The notes under the pieces were generated by a model, which was not told the origin of the DNA, did not search any database, and saw only the letters and a list, made by a program, of their open reading frames with translations. Shown in pieces: positions 58,201 to 64,000 of a DNA stretch of 64,000 bases. Origin of the DNA: a virus. Made by a program: the position numbers and the translations under genes. Location of the stretch: positions 7,903-71,902 of IMG/VR virus record IMGVR_UViG_3300026076_000113, one strand, 5' to 3'. The number at the start of each line of letters is the position of its first letter. Position 1 is the first letter of the stretch.

Positions 58201-60857
58201 TTTGATAGATTGATCAATAGTGCTTTAGTATCTTGTGATTCAATCGAAGATACTGTCTTTCCTTTTACAGAAGAAACCTCAGCAGTAACACCATGCCCTT
58301 CAGTATTTGAATTATCAATCTCTAATGGAGACCCAACTGAGAATGTTGAGACACTAGAAACAACTTTAGCACTTGAAATGCTACCTCTTGTGACTTCATC
58401 TACTATAAGTGTAGTTTTATCACCATTCTTTTGTATATCAGAAGTTCTAAGTCGTTTTGATGTTGATGGAATATCACTATGATTCAGTGATTGAACATAA
58501 TTAGAATCTCTAGGAACTGCATAGTAGTTCTCACCTATGATATAAGGGAATACTGGAGTAGTACCATCAACTGTAACAAAATACGCATATACACCATCAG
58601 GATACTCAGGTGTTAAACAGAATCTACCATTGTTATGATCTAGTGTTCCTCTCTTATGAGTATATTCATAATCTTCGAAGAATGTACCTAGAGGATATGT
58701 TGATTTTGATGGACCTTGACTTCTAGAAGTACGTAGAGAGTAACTACTAGTCATCTGTGTGATAGCACTAGTAGCGTCTAGTGGGTCTGCATAACCATAA
58801 GCACCATATATGGGGTTACCATCATAAGCATACCCTAGAATCGGGCCATGGTCCGTTCCTGTGTCATTCACCCTAAGAGCATCAGGTACAGGATTTGTTT
58901 GAGTTAACTTATACCTGTCTTTAGTCCAAGAGCGTATAGAAGCGACAGCAGTAGCACCAGAACCAACAGGAATGATGTCAACCTGAATATTATCATCAGT
59001 ATATCCACTTCCAGGAGTGACTAGGTTACATGCGGTGATTTCACCGTTATTAGATACCTCTGCAACAAATTCCGCAAACCTACCTTTACCTGCTAAATCT
59101 AAAATTCTAATAACAGGAGGTGATGAGTAATATTCACCTGGATTAGTTACCACCATACTGGTGATAGCACCATTTGTTATGACTGGAGTAACTATTGCAT
59201 TCCTACCAGAAAGTATCTCTACGGTAGGTGTAGCAGTGTACAACAGTGGTGTATCAACAATAACTGATTCGACTACCTGACCTGCTAACTTAGTCCTAGC
59301 AAGACCAGAGTCACCGTTCAGAAGGACAAATGGTTCTTTAGCATATCCACTACCCCTATGAGTAACATCAACTTTCTGAATTGAACCATTAAGAATACTA
59401 TCAGTGTGTCTCGCACCCATAGCAAGACTACCATCAAGGAATACACCAATGTCCTTATTGTTAGTTTTATAGACTTCAGTAGTTAGAGTAGGTTCTTTAG
59501 GGATAATGCGTAACTGATTATTTGGTGACGCAATATAGTAATCATCACCATCCTCAAAGATCGCCTTTACAGAAGTCAGATCCCATCTAACATTATTAGA
59601 TGAATCAAATACCTTTACGTCTGTATTGACAAAACCAGGATCAGATATCTCAAGTTTCTCTCCTACATTCGCATATGGATTAGGACTGGTTGGAGATGCA
59701 CTATACAATACTCCTAAAATGAGTACGGAATCAGTTCCTACCTTAACATCAGCAGCGTCATATACCAAATCACCAGTAGAATGTGATGAAGCAGCAGATC
59801 TAGTCTTAATTGTGAACTGATCTATAGTCTTTTCTTCAAAAGTGAAGGTTTCACTGTTAATAACAAACTTACCTTTGTCCTTCCACCCTAATGTAGAGAA
59901 TACATCAACTACAGTGCTTGCATTATTGATATCCGCAGTTAAAGTAGTCTTTGATGATAATGTGAATGTACCATTGACAGTTTCTTCCGCAAGTATCAAT
60001 TCATACAAATCGATACCATCATGCCTTCCATTGAAAAGTACATTATCTATAACCGCCGAAGCGTAGGCCCCGTCTACGTTTTGGACGATGCGTTTTCCGA
60101 TAAATGACTCTGGAGTACCAGAAAGGAGTTTTGCCTTAAGAGAATAGTTTTTTATCCAAGTAGACTCAGATGACTTAATAGTCTGTTCTCTTGGGTATTT
60201 GACAGAAGGTTCTGGATCATCTTTGATCAAGCATTTGAAGAGAAACTTGATTGATTGAGCAGTACCCTTAGATTTGTAAAAATCCGCAATATTTTTGATT
60301 AAATTTCTCTGATCTACCTCATCGTTAAGAAACGCAGTTGGAAAATCAGGTAAATACTGAGCTTCGAAACTCTTTACTAGAGCAAAGAGAAAAAGATTAC
60401 TTATATTGTGTACTTTTGCAGCAATCTTGTGATCTGCTGCCTGAGTAGTAACGAATGTAGACTTAGAATACAAATCCCCCAGCTGGGTGTTTCCTGAGAC
60501 TCCTCTACTGACCTCTAGGAACTGTGTAGCTGATTTAGACTTATAGAAACATATCTCATCATCAACGTGCAAATAACCACTATCAGGGAATGCACTGGTG
60601 TCCCCCACAGTTAGTGACAGATCCGTTGCTTGTGCAAACTGGGTTAACGGTGTATTCTGTTGTAGGATACCCTGATCATAAAAATCAATATCTCGATATG
60701 TTGCAAGATGATTTGCAATATCTAGTGGTTGACCCTGTAGTTCTAGTTGCTCATAGTACTTTTGTATGAACTTAGCAAACAGCTCATACTCCTCGCTGAT
60801 AAACGAAGCGAGTTGATTCTCTATTAATAGTGAGGTCTTCCTTGCAGTCTTTGGCAC
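52248..60857 (-). CDS. gp7: Baseplate wedge initiator, greatly enlarged, with internal YHYH-like domain (2869 aa, GTG start)
   Basis: LIKNI.DFYKSKGT..SIKFLF, D.YYYQDYSYVV.S.....W...IK..THPAGF.LFG; lies between gp6 and gp8; HGPILGYAYDGNPIYG...LDHNNGRFC.TPEYPDGVYAYF. Confidence 0.85.
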   Translation of the reverse strand: MPKTARKTSLLIENQLASFISEEYELFAKFIQKYYEQLELQGQPLDIANHLATYRDIDFYDQGILQQNTPLTQFAQATDLSLTVGDTSAFPDSGYLHVDDEICFYKSKSATQFLEVSRGVSGNTQLGDLYSKSTFVTTQAADHKIAAKVHNISNLFLFALVKSFEAQYLPDFPTAFLNDEVDQRNLIKNIADFYKSKGTAQSIKFLFKCLIKDDPEPSVKYPREQTIKSSESTWIKNYSLKAKLLSGTPESFIGKRIVQNVDGAYASAVIDNVLFNGRHDGIDLYELILAEETVNGTFTLSSKTTLTADINNASTVVDVFSTLGWKDKGKFVINSETFTFEEKTIDQFTIKTRSAASSHSTGDLVYDAADVKVGTDSVLILGVLYSASPTSPNPYANVGEKLEISDPGFVNTDVKVFDSSNNVRWDLTSVKAIFEDGDDYYIASPNNQLRIIPKEPTLTTEVYKTNNKDIGVFLDGSLAMGARHTDSILNGSIQKVDVTHRGSGYAKEPFVLLNGDSGLARTKLAGQVVESVIVDTPLLYTATPTVEILSGRNAIVTPVITNGAITSMVVTNPGEYYSSPPVIRILDLAGKGRFAEFVAEVSNNGEITACNLVTPGSGYTDDNIQVDIIPVGSGATAVASIRSWTKDRYKLTQTNPVPDALRVNDTGTDHGPILGYAYDGNPIYGAYGYADPLDATSAITQMTSSYSLRTSRSQGPSKSTYPLGTFFEDYEYTHKRGTLDHNNGRFCLTPEYPDGVYAYFVTVDGTTPVFPYIIGENYYAVPRDSNYVQSLNHSDIPSTSKRLRTSDIQKNGDKTTLIVDEVTRGSISSAKVVSSVSTFSVGSPLEIDNSNTEGHGVTAEVSSVKGKTVSSIESQDTKALLINLSNTAYLFDGDTITQSTTGSTGKIVGDVFSGSTITLRDANGVFTTTDPLYSNTKVVTLILDENSSYTKGANLSYTDGVATTIAVGEVLESTTSKNTVKVKVTSGDYNVTDDYFIRSSNLIDSVGSKLISTTSLSSGLNVFTINNNIAILKTASSHGVGIGDDIEIDIIPDDTETTTTQYVRSRIYQEVTFQSPAQTTALNDTGIGRTTILNGGEDYTAGMYPDIALKGGTGTGATADFIVDASGSVTSVKIKNKGTGYLKFEVLTVGDTDLVKTDTSTPVLQLEVDHIGLGLTETTITVDSSIGFTTQDYIQIGDEIIYIISKSGNEFIVRRAEQGTIAVDHYNDATVTLYVPGYTLDRGYKTGNLAGDASIQSYDPITQKAEVVWDYNSKLSDINRVGLSTVFYDTSEDKRLVRVVEASDPIEVFEFSTDQINFVRNPILNIKEFYRYNFDVSHSSMADREFDISPSINYNINTPEKVDSGDIVNIKLGFGARVATNTYSTKVPLRYSKYFYFDRNNVTSRETGYLNVVSDPLQGVKKALAVTSDSVVYDTGTPAPHDGSGTVTYTSESKFSIGAIDKINVINIGGEYKKLPIVVGVLPTETLRSTAITSIYDGRIDAVTITNAGSQYSKPKAIVEGNAKLDVVSDNGIVTGILVKDAGSDYTVAPEVTIVESDTKVYLESSDIGVPRNIRIINNGGTYHSDTTLSSTIRSNYILTISNFDVNAFKIGERVVQHIGGIETARGTVTAWRKGSNILSVKDVTGLFREKLSIKGLAKGHTADLDSISYTEFTPEIKTYFDNLGSYSDDQGIVSSSNQKITDTYYYQDYSYVVQSKTSIDVWRDLIKQTTHPAGFQLFGEVIIESDAHVRMSPITSSGHSTRIQLWNPEKNKITVVSTKKQISTSIIKTEQLKVEQGLGSVSRDTFSTEEVRAKQVFLNANFTGAFTDKGNLEGQTTFVLVDAAGNAVTPYNAQALTITLDGIIQEPGSAYVLNGNNITFSSPPLGPRTHEGQDIPQVRFYGRWFEFKTDALNARYLKKLRNIWQREGTWIDAANLVAMNRAYIQSETLGYIKVQYPDLTWGTLGPTCHRDIGLVVDALEHDLRFGGNQKTILAGEAYYNNDLLDFITGEIEPTIKAFEKTKDLAVLAMRNVLPTGTYTTLDPFIDSNIRTNSPFTPKCADVESALDQLYENLKATIVTGPGTAVVSLPDYVNNENKIFDLYYDDGEEVVTDVNENLLVSISGVVQHDSAYYIDRTTSPNKIVFSGAPIWGQEANTKTVYEPLAVENIAMHGIGNYYRCEIETSGILDGSAGPFILLDSATKEVKKVDDADYAFVFIDGVLQRQTESYTITGPAIRFTRKIFAKNNVEIMLLYGRDVQQTITLHDFQPGKYFNKLELTITDTNPNTFDGLNSWVKVNYDFSRYAYQKNGSVKNIIGEIKYIETLSDRSVKLVIAGNNPIFNGSEPLYFSTGTGEYEVNVPSTLSYQKDEYNNYKMQRNASAWIYDSAVAENAYYQSKNGIAYLNEGDQIKIDGEDAYRDIQGLPRYVNPKDYRAGSEISSSFFGSVKTTNYNGDVKGVGLSVTCTLTGDKVTSLEWNKKSLQLYYDSGIIEPTTAYGYDTPPVLHFVPEDGIGGGAKAEVIVSRGQIVDIKLIRGGSGYVNAPKVSVARRFVVIKRRDRKIDSLMGLIFTTTLLKKSPVNVVSEIVPIKGVELIGGVLPGGPAGSGGAPGGGGAGGQGGGSYLAPANKPKVISTFQLVRDLGGFVISKEIVRSWPTSVTSAPMGSSVEIEIEKTRTIRSVATFNVNFNKQLIKYIETGAVDNYFSYYNTYSSAILGPTPQTFNRVSYSTIGGQLDTGDVLSTAGIPVSEYTLEEISKWNFTIEEIHNARGTQYVGNIKWNFVNPSINYYITQLNTADLPDASGGGYVATGAIVYANTTNFASSGTIFVGREKISYTGKLSDRFTGCERGVDNSPIEEHLIGEYIRNAL

Positions 60858-62662
60858 TATTCTTTAGTCGCTGTAAATTTACTCTTTGCTACATCTACGT
60901 CAAGATATACTTCTCTAAGTACACTGACATCATTAGATGCAGGTTTCACACGCAGTTCAATACGATTATCAGAAAAACTTCCTTTGATGATAGTTAGATC
61001 ATATAACTTGATCTCACCATGAGCATAATCGATATCACCCAAAGAGTCATTTAAGACAATTTTCTCGCCTGACACTGAATCTAGTCTATATAGCACGATT
61101 TTGCCTGATCGATCCTCAAGATACGTGGTATAGTTTGGGTACTCAAGTGTTATGAAACCTGTTGAAGAAACCACTGGAGTATCACACTCAATTTCAAATG
61201 CATTCTGATAACATACCTCATAGAATGAAGATGAATTCAACTGTGCATAGAAGTCTTTCCTTAGTGTGATTGAGGTTAGGTTAGAACGGATAGATCTATC
61301 GGAATCATCAATGACACTAATAAATTTCGAATATCTGAACTTACCATTAAACTTCTCTGTCTGAGATGTCTTCAAATATTCTGTTATTGCTTGTGCAGCA
61401 TTAGATGCTACTTGTTGCGGAAGTAACTCTGTTTTAGTACCATCAAAATAGATATTTGAATCCATTTCGACATATAGAATAGATGGATCTACTAATACAG
61501 GTCTAATTGACCCTACAGAATACTTCTTCAGATCTTTTTGTATCTGTTGCTTAGTATATGCGGAAAGGAATGAAGCATCTGATGGTTTTATAGAGAGAAA
61601 CACCTTACCATAGTCAGGTGGAACCTGTTCCTCACCACCAAATACAATAATATCACTAATAGCAGGGTATACGTTACGTACAATCACTTCATAGTCAGAA
61701 CTAGTCACTGCTCTATTCTGTGAAGAGAAGAATTTAGGTGCTAGATACTTGATTTTAGCAATACTCTCAATATCCTCACCACCATATGCCTTCTCAAGTG
61801 TAGTAATGTTAATAACATTGTGGGGAACTGATAGATTGGTGTTACCATCATTCAATACACCACCAAATGTAAATGTCTTAGCACCATTAACGTCTTTACC
61901 GTGTGTCACGACATATGACATCTGAACGACATTACCATTAGTGAGTTTCTTACCTATGATACCGTCACCAAAGACAACCTCATAGTTCTCATCTGCAATT
62001 TCATTCACAAAGTAGATTGGACTCTTACCACTGATAGTAGGATCCAGAATATTGTCTGCTATCTTGAATTCTTCGAATAGAGAACTATTTGCTGTTTCAT
62101 ATATCCGAACCGTAAGTGTGTTGACATCTGCTCCACTATTTTCGATCAAGAACTTCTGTCCTTTGATCCCACTCTGAAATGTGGTATTAGTGGTAACGAG
62201 AGTTCCTTCTACTACCTCAACATTATTGAAAACTGCAACGTTGTTAGCTACTTCTGCACGAAAGTCCTTCGTAACAACAAACTGGTATGTAGTCTCATCA
62301 TAGTTCGTTAGGAATCCCGTGCCTTCTTTCAGGATTACGAACTGAGGTGCATTATTAGGAATTGATACACCGAAACTAATATTCGCCTTCGATGCTGTAA
62401 TTGACTTCGGACTGTAACCTAGTTGCTTCGCTAGAGACACTACATTGTCCCTGAGAGACGCTGAATCCAAGAACAGTTCATTCACTACCATATTGGTATT
62501 GAACGCTGTATAGTACGTATTATAAGCAAGTACGTCTAATAGTTGACTTAGAGTAGATCCTTCAAAGTCATAATCTGTAAAGTCAGTTTCTGCCCTTAAG
62601 TATTCTTTTAGGGTCGATTTTATATCAGTAAAATCTAAACTGTTTAATTGTGTGTAAGGCAT
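60857..62662 (-). CDS. gp6: Baseplate wedge subunit
   Basis: LDF..IK..LK.YL....FTDYDFEGS.LS.LLDVLAYNTYY, FGDGIIG, QNRAVT..DY motifs. Confidence 0.95.
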   Translation of the reverse strand: MPYTQLNSLDFTDIKSTLKEYLRAETDFTDYDFEGSTLSQLLDVLAYNTYYTAFNTNMVVNELFLDSASLRDNVVSLAKQLGYSPKSITASKANISFGVSIPNNAPQFVILKEGTGFLTNYDETTYQFVVTKDFRAEVANNVAVFNNVEVVEGTLVTTNTTFQSGIKGQKFLIENSGADVNTLTVRIYETANSSLFEEFKIADNILDPTISGKSPIYFVNEIADENYEVVFGDGIIGKKLTNGNVVQMSYVVTHGKDVNGAKTFTFGGVLNDGNTNLSVPHNVINITTLEKAYGGEDIESIAKIKYLAPKFFSSQNRAVTSSDYEVIVRNVYPAISDIIVFGGEEQVPPDYGKVFLSIKPSDASFLSAYTKQQIQKDLKKYSVGSIRPVLVDPSILYVEMDSNIYFDGTKTELLPQQVASNAAQAITEYLKTSQTEKFNGKFRYSKFISVIDDSDRSIRSNLTSITLRKDFYAQLNSSSFYEVCYQNAFEIECDTPVVSSTGFITLEYPNYTTYLEDRSGKIVLYRLDSVSGEKIVLNDSLGDIDYAHGEIKLYDLTIIKGSFSDNRIELRVKPASNDVSVLREVYLDVDVAKSKFTATKE

Positions 62663-63060
62663 TATTGTGTACGGCTCAGAAAGAGGTCTACTGTGACTGG
62701 TGGTTGCTCAGTTCCAACGATTTTGTATGTCATTTCAACATCAAATCCATCATAATTGGTATTTGGGTCACATACTATACTGGTAATGTTTACTCGTGGC
62801 TCATAGTTACCAATACATTCTTTAATTGCTTGCTTGATTAGAGAAGCAGTACCATAATCTAAAGGTTCAAACAAAAATTGGCGAAGACTGCTACCCAAAT
62901 CGGGTTGAAACAGTCGTTCACCAATGTCAGTTAATAAAAGTGTTGTAATTGCTTGCTTAATAGCAGCACTATCCTTTGTAACCACTAGATCGTCAGTTAC
63001 AGGATGCTTTCGAAAAGCTAAAGATATATCCTTATAGGATTGCGTAAATTTAGTTGCCAC
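62662..63060 (-). CDS. gp25: Baseplate wedge subunit, sheath initiator
   Basis: YKDISL.F..HPVT.D, AIKQ.I..LLLT..GERLF.P.LGS.L...LFEP, YEPRV. Confidence 0.93.
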   Translation of the reverse strand: MATKFTQSYKDISLAFRKHPVTDDLVVTKDSAAIKQAITTLLLTDIGERLFQPDLGSSLRQFLFEPLDYGTASLIKQAIKECIGNYEPRVNITSIVCDPNTNYDGFDVEMTYKIVGTEQPPVTVDLFLSRTQ

Positions 63061-63085
63061 AACAAGCAGGAATATTCCTACTTAT

Positions 63086-63379
63086 TTAGACGCTATAAAA
63101 CGTATATTTTAAAAATAACTCTTCTCCCTTCTTAATCTCCTTAATAGTCCTCATATGATATATCTGACCCCACTCCTCAGTTTCGAACTCTTTTACACAA
63201 TTTGGTTCCTCTGAATGATTCACAAATCCACCCAAAGGTGTCCTCATGATCGTATCATCCACTACTACGTGGGATATACCCAGATATACATCATTTGGGA
63301 TATCTTCTAATGCAAAGAGACCTTGACCTGCTATAGGACTATCTTTCACATGGATACATTTAGGTAGTGCTTGATACAT
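63086..63379 (-). CDS. Minimal SET-domain protein (putative lysine methyltransferase)
   Basis: S.IAGQGLFA...I, FVNHSEEPNC (NHS motif), IKKGEELFLKY (ELxxxY). Confidence 0.85.
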   Translation of the reverse strand: MYQALPKCIHVKDSPIAGQGLFALEDIPNDVYLGISHVVVDDTIMRTPLGGFVNHSEEPNCVKEFETEEWGQIYHMRTIKEIKKGEELFLKYTFYSV

Positions 63380-63420
63380 TTTACAAAAATTTTCGGAGAT
63401 TTCGGCGTTCGGGCGGTCCG

Positions 63421-63570
63421 CTAGACTCTTCCCTGTCCTCTATAACGCTTCTTAGCTTTGTTTCTACTGGTAGCAGAATACTTAGTATGCTGACCAGTTC
63501 CTTGACGAGTCTTTTTAGGTTTTGTCTCGATTGTAACGAGGTTCCCACTAATTGATTTACGAATTGCCAT
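63421..63570 (-). CDS. Small Lys/Arg-rich protein, 49 aa (MAIRKSISGNLVTIETKPKKTRQGTGQHTKYSATSRNKAKKRYRGQGRV), not in ORF track
   Basis: Translated by hand; KKTRQG...KRYRGQGR is recalled as a small gene near gp25 in marine T4-like phages; a promoter lies directly upstream. Confidence 0.75.
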   Translation of the reverse strand: MAIRKSISGNLVTIETKPKKTRQGTGQHTKYSATSRNKAKKRYRGQGRV

Positions 63571-63591
63571 AACACAAAATAAACTATCACT

Positions 63592-63620
63592 ATTATATCA
63601 CAAGATCATTCATCCTGCAA
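63592..63620 (-). promoter_or_regulatory. Sigma70-like promoter TTGCAG-N17-TATAAT with extended -10 TG
   Basis: Minus strand TTGCAG gatgaatgatcttgTGa TATAAT, 21 nt upstream of the 63570 ATG. Confidence 0.6.
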
Positions 63621-63915
63621 TAACACTGGTATCACCTGAATTGATCTTGCCACCAGGACTGCATCCGATTCCATCACCCACTCTGGCAAGTGCTTTCCCA
63701 TTCACCTCGACACTTGAGGATCCTTCAGTCACCTTTGTAGAGTGTGGTACACAATTCGTACCAGACGGAACAGTATGTGTAGTCAGGTTAGAACCCTGCA
63801 CTGCTGCATCTTTACCACCAATTTGCACAGATTCATCCCCATCCAGTATAGTGGTCGTTGCTGTACAACCATGTCCTGTAATGACTTCACTTCCTTTAGT
63901 TGCTGCTGCTGGCAT
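63610..63915 (-). CDS. PAAR-domain spike tip protein (T4 gp5.4-like)
   Basis: MPAAA..G....GH.C, V.IGGKDAA..G....H, PH.....GSSSV.VNGKALARVGD.I.C. Confidence 0.9.
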   Translation of the reverse strand: MPAAATKGSEVITGHGCTATTTILDGDESVQIGGKDAAVQGSNLTTHTVPSGTNCVPHSTKVTEGSSSVEVNGKALARVGDGIGCSPGGKINSGDTSVIAG

Positions 63916-64000
63916 CTCTATTCTCCAATGCTATCTGTACACTGTCAATAAACTTACCCATAGAAAGATGTAGAGTGTTTATCGATATAATGTCATGAAT
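63896..64000 (-). CDS. 3' end of an upstream gene truncated by window edge (...IHDIISINTLHLSMGKFIDSVQIALENRDASSSN*)
   Basis: Frame open from the window edge to a TAA overlapping the PAAR start. Confidence 0.4.
   Translation of the reverse strand: MHDIISINTLHLSMGKFIDSVQIALENRDASSSN

Noticed and set aside
63381-63590. 69-aa ORF from the ORF track (MIVYFVLWQF...)
   Set aside because: It overlaps in another frame the 49-aa basic ORF 63421-63570, which has a recognisable motif and a well-placed promoter. Treated as a shadow.
813-63973. Numerous 60-155 aa plus-strand ORFs and short same-strand +1-frame ORFs
   Set aside because: They lie within well-supported minus-strand genes and have the biased composition expected of antisense or shifted shadows.
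1-64000. Stop-codon reassignment as the explanation for the long open frames
   Set aside because: Genes throughout the window end normally at TAA, TAG and TGA with tight coupling, and the anomaly is absence of the triplets rather than read-through of them.
1-64000. tRNA, rRNA, introns, inteins or homing endonucleases
   Set aside because: Intergenic gaps are very short and no cloverleaf, HNH, GIY-YIG, LAGLIDADG or intein-terminal motifs were recognised by eye. A covariance-model search was not run.

Overview
This window is the virion-structure region of a T4-like (myovirus) marine cyanophage, probably infecting Prochlorococcus or Synechococcus. Almost all genes lie on the minus strand. In transcription order they are: PAAR spike, a small basic protein, a SET-domain protein, baseplate gp25/gp6/gp7/gp8, giant structural and fibre genes, three Cys/Gly-rich paralogs plus a chaperone-like gene, a sugar-modification cassette, two further structural genes, neck gp13/gp14, gp15, small terminase gp16 and small hypotheticals. 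The cassette has its own late promoter and encodes a GT9-like transferase, two carbamoyltransferase plus 2OG-Fe(II) oxygenase pairs, and an ADP-heptose-type pathway with no GmhA. The most unusual signal is inside the 1817-aa repeat-protein gene. About 3.1 kb of its coding strand (28680-31793) contains only two TAA/TAG/TGA triplets in any frame. All three sense frames are therefore open together for about 2.2 kb, and synonymous codon choices visibly avoid off-frame stops. The second candidate system is the Cys-rich fibre-tip trio next to the heptosylation/carbamoylation cassette. All calls come from reading motifs by eye; no database searches were run.
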